A DNA stretch of 64,000 bases, taken from NCBI RefSeq assembly GCF_963921235.1, contig NC_086097.1, positions 56,112,001 through 56,176,000 of the forward strand, in the 5' to 3' direction. The notes beneath the pieces are model-generated. The model worked only from the letters and a program-made list of their open reading frames with translations, did not search any database and was not told where the DNA came from. This stretch comes from Mobula hypostoma (lineage: Eukaryota). The translations under genes and the position numbers were made by a program. Below, piece after piece: positions 1 to 13,519 of the stretch. Within the stretch, counting starts at the first letter, position 1. Every line of letters starts with the position of its first letter.

Positions 1-2998
1 TAAGCTTTCCTTTGGACTACACTGGTGAGGCTGAGAGGGGGGTCTTGATGTCCGGGCAGCTCAGGATCTCCTTACCTTCCACCCAGGCTTGTGATGATGA
101 TTTTTAGAGATTTTTTTTAATGTTCAAAATATTTCTCAGTTAGGAAGAATATCTTTCTGGATGTTGAGAAGTTAAATTGGTAAGGACCCTTCTCCACTGC
201 GTGGACCACTAATTTGCTTCTGTACATCAAATTTACATGAGCATTAAATTTAATCATCTGCTCGTTTATTCTGAACACTTGAAGATAAACAGGACAAAAA
301 GGACAACCTTGCCAAAAGGTGGACTTTTCTTATGTGTAAATTTAATTTAATTTGAATGTACAAAAATCAGAATTTGGAAATACAATGAATCCCAATGCTT
401 TGGAAGGTATTTTCAGTGAGTTTTTGCTATTAGAAAGCAACAGTGAGGTAATCTGGCAGTTTTATGAATGATTGCTTGATATCAGACAGCGTGCAAGAGG
501 TTCATATCTCAGGAACACTCATCACCTGAACTGGTTTCTTTAATGTTGTTGGAACAAGTTTTGTCTACACTTGGCTTGACTACTTTTAGTGTCCCTCATA
601 GTCCCTTTGATAATTGGTTGAAGTAAAGGGCTATTCTTTTTAATAAAGAGAATTCCCTCAGATTGCCTGTACAGAATTTCACTTCTATTAATTTCAAAAT
701 ACCAATCGATTTTGAACTGTCCAAATCCATGTACTGTTGGGGACAGTTTAAAAAGAGCAAAGGAAACTAAATATACAGATGAAAATAAGCTTAGATTTAA
801 AGTGTTTGGAGGGTGGAAGTTCTAGTCCAAACAATCCATTCTATAAAGTTGATATAAGAAGACTTGAATAGCATTGCTGCAGCATGAACAAAATCTGATT
901 AAAATGCAAAATGTTCACTCTGTGATTCCATTCGATTGCAATAACATGGTCTTTGAGTACTTTCTGCAAATACTTTCAAAAGGGCTTTTTCCTTTATATT
1001 CATTTAACATTGCTAGAATGCACAAGGTATGGTGAGAATGTTAATTTGTGAAATTTTGAAAATATCAAACTAATGAGAAGATTACAGCAGGATTCTTTGT
1101 TATATTAAAAAGACATTTAGCATTCCTGAAAGCTCTATAAGAGTAAATGAATGCTGACCCATACAGCAGGTTTTCAATGCACACAGCTTAAAATTCAATA
1201 GCCACTTTGTCGAGGCATCCAAAATTTAAAGTTAATTAATAAGCTTGCTTCTGGTTTCCATAGATTCCTTTCAAATGCAAGTGCCATGATAGATGAACAG
1301 TAACTTATGCAAAGTTCTCATTAAGCAGCCACTGAAAAGGACAACTAAAAGCAAATGCTGTGACCACCATTTATATTATCCTTTTGCCAATTTTATTTGG
1401 GACTTTTACTTTTAGAACAGTAATAACTGTTTAACTGCAGCAGTGCTATTGATGTATAGGAATATAATAGAACAGCACAGAAAGCATTGACTATGAATGC
1501 AAAGTATAAAAAGGCAATGCATGGTTTATTCTTGTAAATATTTTTTATTATGAATAAGGTCTATTTGATAATTAATAAAAATAACTGGTTAACTGAAGGG
1601 AAAATAAAATGTCTTCTGATAAAATAATTCTAAACAAGATAAATAGGTAATTTATAGAAATCCATACAAATCAGAACTGTTTAGCCTTATTAATATAGAT
1701 ACTAGCTGCATATAATAAAACACACATATTTTTGCTTAAATTATAGAGTATTAAAGAGTCTATGTAGTTTGTGTACCACTTACAAAATATCAAAGTTTTA
1801 TCTTCAGATTTGAATTATATTCAATATTTTCATTGAAAAATAGATTTGCAACTAAAAGAACATAAGAAGCAGGAGAGGAATAGCCAATTAAGCCCATTGA
1901 ACATGGGTGATTCTTTACCTCTGCGCCATTCCCTTAATGTTCACGTGGATTGTTCTTAATATTTAATATGTATAATCAGTTGTTATATCGAAACTGGGCA
2001 ATGGAAAGGTAAGAGAGAAACATTAAGTGCAGTTAAGAATTAATGAAGAAAAATCATTGATGAATCTTAACAAAGCAAATCTCTTTTTTATAACATTGTC
2101 ATATACTTGCAAAAACATTTCAAATTATAGCTGCTAATTATCCAGGATTGTCAGAGACTTTTGGGATTAAAAGGTAATTTTCTGGTCCCAAAAGAAAAAT
2201 CAAAGGGACATCATGTATTTCATTTTCTTTGAAAACTTAATTAGTACAGAAGAGCTAAAATGACAGTTTGACCAAGACAGTTAGAATCAAGCAAATATGA
2301 TAAATTTTCAAAGACTAAGTCCAGCACTGGCAGCCTTAACTCAAATCCAATGGACTAATTCGAGTTGATTCTGAGTACAGTATGATTTGTACTATCATTG
2401 ACTCCAATATCAAAATCAGGGGAAAATTGTTGCAGAGCATCAGAAAAGAATTCTATTCTGGAAGAAAAGTTACTAATTAAAATGGTATTTGACTGATGCT
2501 CTGTGTCAAATGTGGATGAGCACTATCACAACATAGATTAACATAATACATAGCAATGGTTAATCAGACTGCACAGTTGTCACCCTGAGGCAAAACATCA
2601 TCCATGTGATAATAAGACAATTGCAGAAATATAGAGGTAATGATGGAGTTCTCATGGTCAAGAACACATTTGGATTAACCCAAGAATTATATGGCTTTTG
2701 GAGACTATCATAATTACTAATCCTCAGCTGTTAAACCAGTAATAAGATACCCTAGAGTAGTAATGGTCTAAAGCAGGAACAAAATTATGCTACTGCTGTC
2801 AAACAGGTTGAAGTTTTAGGTAATACACTCCTTTGTAGTTCTTAACTTGATAATGGTCCAATTTCTCCAATTTACCATAACAGCTTTCAAATCCCCAGGG
2901 GCAAGTTTAAGGTTTACAGCCCAAAAGTCAGAAAGCACAGAACAACATAACCTCGAGGACACCTTATTTCTTTCCATAGATGTTGCCTGACCTGCTGA

Positions 2999-5900
2999 AT
3001 GTGAGCTCACTCACATCGACAGTGATGAAATGCTTTGAGAGGTTGGTCATGACTAGACTGAACTCCTGCAAGGACCTGAACCAATTGCAATTTGCCTATC
3101 GATACAACTGGTCAATGGCAGATGCAATTTCAATGGCACTCCACACGGCTTTAGGCCACCTGGATAACACAAACACTTATGTCAGGATGCTGTTCATCGA
3201 CTGTAGCTCAGAATTTAGTACCATCATTCACACAATCCTGATTGAGAATTTGCAGAACCTGGGCCTCTGTAACTCCCTCTGCAATTGGATCCTCTGCTTC
3301 CTAACCGGAAGACCACAATAGAAACATAGAAACATAGAAAATAGGTGCAGGAGTAGGCCATTCGGCCCTTCGAGCCTGCACCGCCATTTATTATGATCAT
3401 GGCTGATCATCCAACTCAGAACCCCGCCCCAGCCTTCCCTCCATACCCCCTGATCCCCGTAGCCACAAGGGCCATATCTAACTCCCTCTTAAATATAGCC
3501 AATGAACTGGCCTCAACTGTCTCCTGTGGCAGAGAATTCCACAGGTTCACCACTCTCTGTGTGAAGAAGTTTTTCCTAATCTCGGTCCTAAAAGACTTCC
3601 CCTTTATCCTCAAACTGTGACCCCTTGTTCTGGACTTCCCCAACATCGGGAACAATCTTCCTGCATCTAGCCTGTCCAATCCCTTTAGGATTTTATACGT
3701 TTCGATCAGATCCCCCCTCAATCTTCTAAATTCCAATGAGTACAAGCCCAGTTCATCCAGTCTTTCTTCATATGAAAGTCCTGCCATCCCAGGAATCAAT
3801 CTGGTGAACCTTCTTTGTACTCCCTCTATGGCAAGGATGTCTTTCCTCAGATTAGGGGACCAAAACTGCACACAATACTCCAGGTGTGGTCTCACCAAGG
3901 CCTTGTACAACTGCAGTAGTACCTCCCTGCTCCTGTACTCGAATCCTCTCGCTATAAATGCCAGCATACCATTCGCCTTTTTCACCGCCTGCTGTACCTG
4001 CATGCCCACTTTCAATGACTGGTGTAAAATGACACCCAGGTCTCGTTGCACCTCCCCTTTTCCTAATCGGCCACCATTCAGATAATAAAATGTTTTCTTA
4101 TTTTTGCCACCAAAGTGGATAACTTCACATTTATCCACATTAAATTGCATCTGCCATGAATTTGCCCACTCACCCAACCTATCCAAGTCACTCTGCATCC
4201 TCTTAGCATCCTCCTCACAGCTAACACTGCCACCCAGCTTCGTGTCATCCGCAAACTTGGAGATGCTGCATTTAATTCCCTCATCCAAGCCGTTAATATA
4301 TATTGTAAACAACTGGGGTCCCAGCACTGAGCCTTGCGGTACCCCACTGGTCACCACCTGCCATTCTGAAAAGGTCCCATTTATTCCCACTCTTTGCTTC
4401 CTGTCTGCTAACCAATTCTCCATCCACATCAATACCTTACCCCCAATACCATGTGCTTTAAGTTTGCACACTAATCTCCTGTGTGGGACCTTGTCAAAAG
4501 CCTTTTGAAAATCCAAATATACCACATCCACTGGTTCTCCCCTATCCACTCTACTAGTTACATCCTCAAAAAATTCCTATGAGATTCGTCAGACATGATT
4601 TTCCTTTCACAAATCCATGCTGACTTTGTCCGATGATTTCACTGCTTTCCAAATGTGCTGTTATCACATCTTTGATAACTGACTCCAGCAGTTTCCCCAC
4701 CACCGACGTTAGGCTAACCGGTCTATAATTCCCCGGTTTCTCTCTCCCTCCTTTTTTAAAAAGTGGGGTTACATTAGCCACCCTCCAATCCTCAGGAACT
4801 AGTCCAGAATCTAACGAGTTTTGAAAAATTATCACCAATGCATCCACTATTTCTTGGGCTACTTCCTTAAGCACTCTAGGATGCAGACCATCTGGCCCTG
4901 GGGATTTATCTGCCTTCAATCCCTTCAATTTACCTAACACCACTTCCCTACTAACATGTATTTCGCTCAGTTCCTCCATCTCACTGGACCCTCTGTCCCT
5001 TACTATTTCTGGAAGATTATTTATGTCCTCCTTAGTGAAGACAGAACCAAAGTAATTATTCAATTGGTCTGCCATGTCCTTGCTCCCCATAATCAATTCA
5101 CCTGTTTCTGTCTGTAGGGCACCTACATTTGTCTTTACCAGTCTTTTCCTTTTTACATATCCATAAAAGCTTTTACAGTCAGTTTTTATGTTCCCTGCCA
5201 GTTTTCTCTCATAATCTTTTTTCCCCTTCCTAATTAAGCCCTTTGTCCTCCTCTGCTGAACTCTGAATTTCTCCCAGTCCTCAGGTGAGCCACTTTCTCT
5301 GGCTAATTTGTATGCTTCTTCTTTGGAATTGATACTATCCCTAATTTCTCTTGTCAGCCACGGGTGCACTACCTTCCTTGATTTATTCTTTTGCCAAACT
5401 GGGATGAACAATTGTTGTAGTTCACCCATGCAACCTTTAAATGCTTGCCATTGCATATCCACCGTCAATCCTTTAAGTGCCATTTGCCAGTCTATCTTAG
5501 CTAATTCACGTCTCATACCTTCAAAGTTACCCCTCTTTAAGTTCAGAACCTTTGTTTCTGAATTAACTATGTCACTCTCCATCTTAATGAAGCAGATTGG
5601 TGATAACATATCCTCCTTGCTGATGATCAACACTGGCGCACCTCAGGAGTGTGTGCTTAGCCCACCGCTCTACTCTCTATATACACATGACTGTGTGGCT
5701 AGGCATAGCTCAAATACCATCTACAAATTTGCTGATGATACAATCATTGTTAGTAGAATCTCAGGTGGTGACGAGAGGGTGTACAGGAGTGAGGTATACC
5801 AACTAGTGGACTGGTGTCGCAGCGACAACCTGGCACTCAACATCAGTAAGACAAAAGAGCTGATTGTGGACTTCAGGAAGGGTAAGGCAAAGGAACACAT

Positions 5901-6626
5901 ACCAATCCTTATAGAGGGATCAGAAGTGGAGAGAGTGAGCAGTTTCAAGTTCCTGGGTGTCAAGATCTCTGAGGATCTAACCTGGTCCCAACATATCAAT
6001 GTAGTTATAAAGAAAGCAAGACAGCGGCTATACTTCATTAAGAGTTTGAAGAGATTTGGCATGTCAACAAATACACTCAAAAACTTCTATAGATGTACCG
6101 TGGATAGCAATCGGACAGGCTGCATCACTGTCTGGTATGGAGGGGCTATTGTACAGGACTGAAAGAAGCTGCAGAAGGTTGTAAATCTAGTCAGTTCCAT
6201 CTTGGGTACTAGACTACAAAGTACCCAAGACATCTTCAGGGAGCGGTGTCTCGGAAAGGCAGTATCCATTATTCAGAAGCTCCAGCACCCAGGGCATGTC
6301 CTTTTCTCACTGTTACCATCAGGTGGGAGGTACAGAAGCCTGAAGGCACACACTCAGCGATTCATGAACAGCTTCTTCGCCTCTGCCATCTGATTCCTAA
6401 ATGGAAATCGAACCCTTGGACACTACCTCACTTTTTTAAAAATATACAGTATTTCTGAGTTTTGCACATTTTTAAATCTATTCAATATACATATACTGTA
6501 ATTTATTTATTTATTACTATTTTTTTCTCTTCAGTACTATGTATTGCATTGAAATGCTGCTGCTAAGTTAACAAATTTCACGTCACATGCCAGTGATAAT
6601 AAACCTGATTCTGATTCTGATTCTGA
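2999..6626 (+). mobile_element. Rex1/Babar-type LINE, 5'-truncated, RT plus C-terminal region and 3' UTR, interrupted by CR1 at 3320-5592
   Basis: ORF 2980-3321 ([37 protein letters not shown]) continues after the CR1 with GAPQECVLSPPLYSLYT..YKFADD..KKARQRLYF; ends in a (TTCTGA)n tail. Confidence 0.9.
3318..5592 (-). mobile_element. Young CR1 LINE, 5'-truncated (about 2.27 kb), ORF2 RT region with one frameshift near 4576
   Basis: ORFs 4566-5633 and 3416-4549: KSPGPDG, NYRPVSLTS, QHGF, YLDFQKAFDKVPH, GVPQGSVLGP, KFADD, LVRPHLEYC, RTRGH; (TTTCTATG)n tail. Confidence 0.95.
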
Positions 6627-8739
6627 GTTCCTCCATCATTTTTGTGTGTTAAGCACAGAACAAAGTAACAAAGTCAAACAGGCTGTAAGCATTCAGTGTT
6701 AGAGGAGCACAGAGCTGAAGGGTTGCAGAGATGCAAGAGGTTACAAAGATGAGGAAGAGCAAGGAGTTTGAAATCAAAAATAATAGCACTTACAATGGTA
6801 TATTGAACAACCAGAAGCCAGCACAATTCAGTAAGCACAGTGTTGATGGGTGGGAGGTGCAGAGTACAATTAGAATTTAGAATGAGTTTTTGGGGTAGAA
6901 AATGAGATGCTGCACAAGAGAGCTTTGGGACAGTTGAGTCTGAGAGGAAGAGAAAGATGATGGCAAAAGCAGAAGGTAATCAGAGGTAGAAGTGGGAACA
7001 GGAGATGATAAAATGGTGGAAGCAGATGGATTTTAAGATGGAATGAATAGCGTCCCGTAGCTCAGATCAGACAGGGTTAAATGGGATACTGTGGTCGTTA
7101 ACAGTCTGGTTCAACCTGCGATCATGAGCAGGGTGAGGGGCATTATCAGTGATCAATAGTAATGGATAACAGGCACTGTCCAGGGCTGGGGGGCCTTTTT
7201 GCCAAGCTCAGCTGACATTTCTAGAGATCAAATGTTGTTTCTGAGTAAGTTAAACTTCCAACCAATGTTCTTTGTTCAGCCTCTTATTGTAAATGAGAGC
7301 CTGTCTTCAATTCTTAACGTAAAATGCAAGTAATCATCAGTCTGGAGCTAAAAGAACAGCTTTTCAAACAAACAGCACTGCAGGCGCACAGCATGAGGAT
7401 GATTGCTGAAGAGATGCGTTGCGAGACAATGGGGTTGTGTTATTGGGCCTGTATCAAACCAGACACCACTAACTAAGCTATTTAGTTCAAGGAAGTTTGC
7501 AGACCAGATTGATACTATCGCTTAGCACATCAAAGAGCTGATCTATCAATAGTTGGAAGGTTTGTGTCCTCTGAGAGTTAGCATTCACAGCATTAATTGT
7601 GAGTATTTGGGAATGTCCCCGGAAGCTTTTAGATGATCTATGTGAAAAGATACCTGAAAAAATATCACAAACATGTGAAGTCAACCAAGTGGCAAACAAA
7701 AAATTAGTATAAATGTAAGAGAGTAGTCAGGCTTGTTAGGAATGGTCAAGGAACATCAAGAAGAGTGACAGAAAGCCATGGTGAAATAGAATCTATTCCT
7801 TTGCCTTCGATTTCTGTGACAGATGACATATTTGTTTGCAACTCATTGATATGTCTTCTTAGCTTATAGGAATTGGACCTGTGTTTTGGAACTCCTTTGT
7901 GTTTTAGATATTGTTCGTAATTTGTAAATCTCTTATAAGATAAAAAACCTCTGTGAGTTTTAAATGTATTAAGAATTTGATCTAAATATAAATATGTATC
8001 ACTAAAAATAAATGAACTGTGTTTAAACTACTTTATTAACTGGAAATATCTCCTCCTTGGTAGGGAGGGGGAACCCAACACTCAAATAGTGGGTATTGGC
8101 AGCTAAACATGAAGTGGAGAATAAACAGGGAAGTGATCTAACCTTTGAAGAGTCGGTGGTTATAGTATAACCTCCCTTTGGTGAGGATAGTAGAGGCTAC
8201 CTATATCAGATTGGGCTTAAGATCATCTTATAGTTCAGAACTTTGTGGTGAGCAAACCCAATACCATCACACAGCAAGAAAAATATTGAATACAATAGCC
8301 TTAATCTTGCAAATAATTAATTGGAGGAAATAGCTGCTTATTTAGAATCTCATTTCAGGCAAGCTGTATAGCATCCCTCAATCTCTGAAGGTGACAGTGC
8401 ACTACAACTGACCATCATGCTATGGAACCTAAGAAAGTAATTTAAATAATGTCAAGGGCAGCACATGGGTGCAAAATATGTGAGGGGAAGGAGTGAGTGA
8501 TATGAGCAATGAAGTTATTGTGAGATAGCAGATACCACAGGCTCACGGACAAATTCCTCCAAACATTCTTCTGCTGGGGAAGTGAACATCTACATCTGTT
8601 GAACCTGCTGTCTCCCGAAATGATTTATAATCAAAGAATGTCTCTTTAAATTGCAGCCCTTAGTGTAATCCAATCAAGCTCAACAGCAGGTTTGCATTCA
8701 GCAGGGTAATCCAAAAAAAACCAATGAGATAAATCATCA

Positions 8740-8895
8740 ATGTGTTAGTGCAGGAATAAATGTTGGTTTAAACATGGGCTGTTTATTTCTTACAAGGAAT
8801 TTTGCATCTTTCTCATCCACTCTACAGGCAAATGGCCTTTCATTTTAAAATCTTATCCAACAGGTGGCAGTAGTTCCTCAATACCGTACAGGAAC
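8740..8895 (-). mobile_element. Highly degenerate Deu-domain SINE relic
   Basis: aataaatgttgg...catctttctcatccactctacaggcaaatggcctttc...atcttatccaa resembles the reverse complement of the recalled SacSINE1/AmnSINE1 Deu domain. Confidence 0.45.
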
Positions 8896-9254
8896 CTCGG
8901 ACACAATTGCGACCCCAACATTAACACGACATCAGCTTCTGAGTATTTTGTGATGATAGTCGTGAAAATGGATTGGCAAAAACTTGGAAGTCAAGTCAGC
9001 AGATTGGACATTAATGACAATGAATTTTCTGCGTTTCCCAACTCCAGTTTGTGCTATGGGTGTAACAAAAGCCTACATCACTCAATCTCAGCTCTCAATT
9101 TGAAAAGGCAGTGTAGAAATGCAATCTGAATGTAACAGGAAATCTTTAAGGTGGAGATAGGGTGGCTAATGGTGGTATGTGGGAGAGGGAGGGAACAATT
9201 TTCTGGAATTACCATTAGACCAATATTAGACCCACCAAGGGCAGGGGTCATGTA

Positions 9255-9965
9255 CAATTCAGCCATGTCTTAGTTGGTATACGTCTCTCAGTCAGAATGT
9301 TGTGGCTTTATGATACTCCAGAGAAATGAGCCATAAATTTAGTTCACTGCACCACTGAAGATCAGATTCAGATCAGGTTTAATATCACTGGCATGTTGTG
9401 AAACTTGTTAAATAAGTAATGCAAAAAGAGTGGGGAAAATACTGAGGAAATGCTCATGGGTTCATTGTCTATTTATAAATCTGATGTTGGAAGGGAAGAA
9501 ACTGTCTTGAAACATACAGTGTGTGTTTTCAGGCTCCTTACCTCCTCCTTGATGGAAACAATGAGATGAGAGCATTTTCTGGGCAATGGAGGTCCTTAAT
9601 GATAGATGCCGCCTTTTTGAGGAATCAACTTTTGAAGGTGTCTTGGACGTTAAGGAGCCTACAATGGAGTTGGTTGAGCTTACAAATTTCTGCAGCTTTT
9701 AGCGATCCTGTGCAATGGCCCCTCTATACCAGACAGCGATGCAGCCAGTTAGAACACTCTCAATTGTACATCTGTAGAAATTTGAAAGTGTTTTTGGTAA
9801 CATAACAAATCTCCTCAAACTCCTACTGAAATGAAGCTACTGTTGTGCTTCCTTTGTAATTGAAAAGTAAAGAGGAACTGCTGCTCATCGTTTCTCCCAA
9901 GAGGAAGTAACAGAGGAGTCACTCCCAATGTCCTGGTGATTTTTTATTACTCAGACAATATTACC
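9255..9965 (+). mobile_element. Degenerate Deu-type SINE (head 9255-9360, body 9865-9965) interrupted by Rex1
   Basis: agtcagaatgttgtgg..actccagaga..gagc head and gaggagtcactcccaatgtcctgg body resemble recalled SacSINE1. Confidence 0.45.
9361..9862 (-). mobile_element. Rex1/Babar LINE 3' fragment
   Basis: Reverse complement of the 6000-6626 region, beginning with the atcagattcagatcagg tail. Confidence 0.85.
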
Positions 9966-10631
9966 AGAAAAAAACATAACACACTTTGAGCTTACAGTGC
10001 AGAAAGTGGAGATCATGTTTACTACACCAAAATTGTAATTACATCTTGAAAACTTTTTATTGTCTGTGGGGCCCATTGGGATTCTGAGATTGAGAAAGGC
10101 ATGATATAAAGGAGTGTTTTTCCCTTTAACTATAATTGAATGCTTTTCTTTAAACATTTTGCTAACAATGGAAAAAATGCCCAAGGGTCTCACCAGGAAG
10201 ACATGGTGGGAGGAAGCTGAAGAGATGAGTTGGGCAGTGTAGCAAACAATCCAGCAACCCATTCAGGCCAAGAAGTGAATGCATCTGCTACTTCACCTTT
10301 ATCTGGGGTTTTAAACACTCACCCACCACCCATTCATCTTCCTTCTGTCTCCATGATATCTCTCCTCACTTTCAGCAACAGCGTGTTTCTGCGCCCTCCC
10401 TTACTTATCCATCCACCAATACTTATGGAATATGAGCAATTATAATTCCCCAAAACATGCATCAGATGGAAAGTGAAAATGTAACCAGTTTCTTTGCAGC
10501 TGAAAAAAAAACTTGAATATGCCTACCTCCAGCTTAGACTGAGGTGGGACACAAGGTGGGAAACAAATTCAACTCCCAAGAAATGGATCGAGAAACTTCC
10601 TTGGGCTTGGTGCCTCTTTATGTTCCTACCC

Positions 10632-11538
10632 AAAGTTCAAAGTAAGTTTATCACCACAGTACATTCATGCCACCATATAGTACCCTGACATTTACAGTAA
10701 ACACAAATAAATGAAAAACTAGAAACAAAGCCAGAACAGCAACCAACATGCAAAAGACAACAAATTGCCCAAATACAAAAAGAAAAACAAAATAATAATA
10801 ACAGATAAGTAAATAGTGAGAACATGAGTTGTAGAGACCTTGAATGTGAGTTCATAAGTTGTGGAAAAAGCTCAGACCTCATTGTTGAGGTGAGTGAAGT
10901 TATCCTCTCTGGTTCAGGAATCTGATAGTTCAGAGGTGATAACCCTTTCTGAACCAGGTGGAATGAGAACTAAGGCTCCTATACCTCCTTCCTGATGGCA
11001 GCAGCAAGAAGTGAGCATGGCCCAGATGGTGTGGATCCTTGATGATGGATACTGCTTTTCTGCGACAGCACGCCTTGTAGATGTCCTCTATGGTGGGGAG
11101 GGCTTTACCTGAGATGGACTGGGCTGTGTGCACTACCTTTTGTAAGCTTTTCTATTCAAAATCATTCGTGTTTCCGTATCAGGCCGTGATGCAACTAGAC
11201 AGCATACTCTCCATCATGCATTTATAGAAGTTCATCAGAATTTTAGATGACATGCTCAATCATCACAAACTTTTAAGAAAGCAGAGGTGCTGCTGTGCCT
11301 TCTTCGTAATAGCACTTACATGCTGGACCCAGGACAGATCCTTTGAAATGATAATACTGAGGAATTTAAAGTTACTGACCTTCTCTACCTCTGATCCCCA
11401 ATGAGAACTGGCTCAGGGACCTCTGGTTTCTTCCTCCTGTAGTCAATAATCAACTCTTTGGTTTTGCTGAGATTGAGTGAAAGATTCTTGATGTGGCACC
11501 CTCAGCCAGATTTTCAATCTCCTCTTATATGCTGATCT
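10632..11538 (-). mobile_element. Rex1/Babar LINE 3' fragment
   Basis: ORF 10930-11133 (AQSISGKALPTIEDIY..IIKDPHHLGH..LLPSGRRYRS) and aagttcaaagt tail. Confidence 0.85.
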
Positions 11539-12120
11539 GAGACACATGCAGCTGAGCATATACTCAGCAACCCGCTGGTGGAACTCAGCATGTCAACACG
11601 TTGGGTCAAAACCCTGCACCTGGTCTGAGTGTGGATAGAGAAAATGGCCAGGATTAAGAGGTGTGGGGAGGAGTGAGACAGGATCTTGTTGTTCCATATT
11701 CTAGCATCTGATCTTTCTTGTGTCTCCTTTCTACTCTTAGGATAGAAAATTTAATAAGAAAGCTGAGCCCCCATCTACAAGCCTCACGACATGGGTCATG
11801 GACTCATACATAAATCCAGGATAGAAAAAGTAAAGAAAACCAAAGAACCCTAAATTAGTTGTGCAAAACAAAACAAAACTGTACACTCTTTAAGTTTGGA
11901 ACTAAATTGATTTTTTTTTTGTTTGTATTGTTTTGATTAGAATGAAGTACACATATTTTCCATTTTGAGTAAATGGTGGTTATAAGATATTTAAGTAGTT
12001 TAGTATACCTTTGTGTGCTCTCACATGAGTGCTAAATCCACCAGCTCCACCACCCTCCACTGCCTCTTCTGTTCCATCCCACTTGCCTCCAACAAACTTC
12101 AACCTCTCACTATGCTGCAG

Positions 12121-12318
12121 GGTAATGCAATGGGTGACAGATGACACAAGTTGTTCATAATAGAAACTGGTCTACATAGTACACAAAGAGACAGTGTCTA
12201 ATGTAATGACGTCACTGTAAGGTGACTGCGTTTGTTTTGTTTGTAATGGAAGTAAAGGGCTGCAACTTTTGTTAAGCACATAATAGGTCTCACATATTTT
12301 ATTACATGTACTGGAACA
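12121..12318. repeat. Copy 1 of an unnamed ~200-230 bp repeat (putative solo LTR)
   Basis: Shares aatgggtgacagatgacac, ttgttcataatagaaactg, gtaatggaagtaaagggct and tgttaagcacataa with 14404-14630. Confidence 0.7.
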
Positions 12319-12319
12319 A

Positions 12320-12990
12320 AAGAACGACAAGCATTTAAGAAAAGTAGGAGGTGCCTTTATAACATTTCAATTTAATCACGGGTGAATTTAGTCATTCCTT
12401 CATCCAATTCCTGTCCCATTCACCTATTCTTTTGTTCTCTGAATGGCCAAAAATCTACTGATCACAGCTTTGAATGCACTCAAGGAACATCTACAACCAT
12501 TTTCAGGTAGCGATTTCCAGAGTTACAAACCTCTATATAAAAAAAATCTCATTACTATACTAAATGCTTGATTCTTTTTCCTGAACGTTTTGCCACCATA
12601 TAACCATATAACAATTACAGCATGGAAACAGGCCATCTCGGCCCTTCTAGTCCGTGCTGAACTCTTACTCTCACCTAGTCCCACCGACCTGCACCAGTTC
12701 CAAGCTATCCAACAAGACGAGGCAGAGTTTTAGCACCTGCAGTGTCAACCCCTTTATGTCATTTACAATATGTCTCAATGTGATTACATACTTATTCTTT
12801 TAAACTCCGGTAAATAATTCCAACATTACTGAACCTCTCCTCATAGCATAACTCCCATATCCCAGGAATCAATCTAATGAACTTGTGCGATAGCGACTCG
12901 ACTGCTGGAAAATCCTTTAATTTGCATATAGACTCCATATAAGGTTTCTCTAAAGCCTTGTATAATCTCAGCAAAACTTCTCCTTTCACT
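12320..12990 (-). mobile_element. Old CR1 3' fragment containing a ~95 bp younger CR1 tail (12599-12694)
   Basis: ORF 12792-12989 (EVLLRLYKAL..FIRLIPG..YEERF); the inner element has an (ACCATATA)n tail and cacca repeated at 12594-12598 and 12692-12696. Confidence 0.75.
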
Positions 12991-13313
12991 AAATGACCCT
13001 ACACTAAATCCCCAAATTTAGCACTCATATCTACTGTGATAAGGTGCTTTGAGAGGTTGGTCATGGCGAGAATTAACTCCTATCTGAGCTAGGACCTGGA
13101 TCCACTGTTACTTGTCTAGCACGCAACAGGTTTACAGCAGATGCAATCTCACTGTCCCTCCACTCAGCCTCAGACCATCTGTACATCAGCAATGCTTAAG
13201 TCAGACAGTTGTTTATGGATTACAGCTCAGCATTCAACACCATCACTAATCAACAAGCTTCAAATCCTAGGCCTCTGTATTTCCCTCTGCAATTGCATTC
13301 TTGATTTGCTCTC

Positions 13314-13519
13314 AAGTGTTGGGCACATGGCCAAGTGGTTAAGGCGTTCGTCTAGTGATCTCAAGGTCGCTAGTTCGAGCCTCAGCTATGGCAGCGTGTT
13401 TGTGTCCTTGAGCAAGGTACTTAATCACACATTGCTCTAGTGTCTTCCAATCTGCGCCTTGTAAGGCATGAAAATGCCCGCGCAGGCCTCTCATGGTCTG
13501 AGTCAACGTTCCCTCCCCC
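13314..13519 (+). mobile_element. tRNA-derived SINE with CORE-like central motif
   Basis: A box TGGCCAAGTGG, B box GTTCGAGCC, gtgtccttgagcaaggtacttaa CORE-like segment; 9-bp TSD tttgctctc at 13305-13313 and 13520-13528. Confidence 0.85.

Larger units (their letters stand above)
2963..6650 (+). mobile_element. Penelope-like terminal fragment split in two (2963-2998 and 6623-6650) by a Rex1 insertion
   Basis: ...ccatagatgttgcctgacctgctga and gttcctccatcatttttgtgtgtt join into the same motif seen uninterrupted at 28800-28850 and 55910-55960. Confidence 0.75.

Noticed and set aside
1..101. Possible LINE 3' end with (GAT)n tail
   Set aside because: Cut by the window edge and too short to assign
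3804..4508. Plus-strand ORFs conserved with 56484-57023
   Set aside because: Antisense shadows of two near-identical CR1 copies
5308..6162. 284-aa ORF as a novel fusion gene
   Set aside because: Chance in-frame join of antisense CR1 with Rex1 RT at the nesting junction; the RT is incomplete
13320..13392. tRNA gene
   Set aside because: No complete cloverleaf or oligo-T terminator; it continues into a SINE body bounded by a TSD
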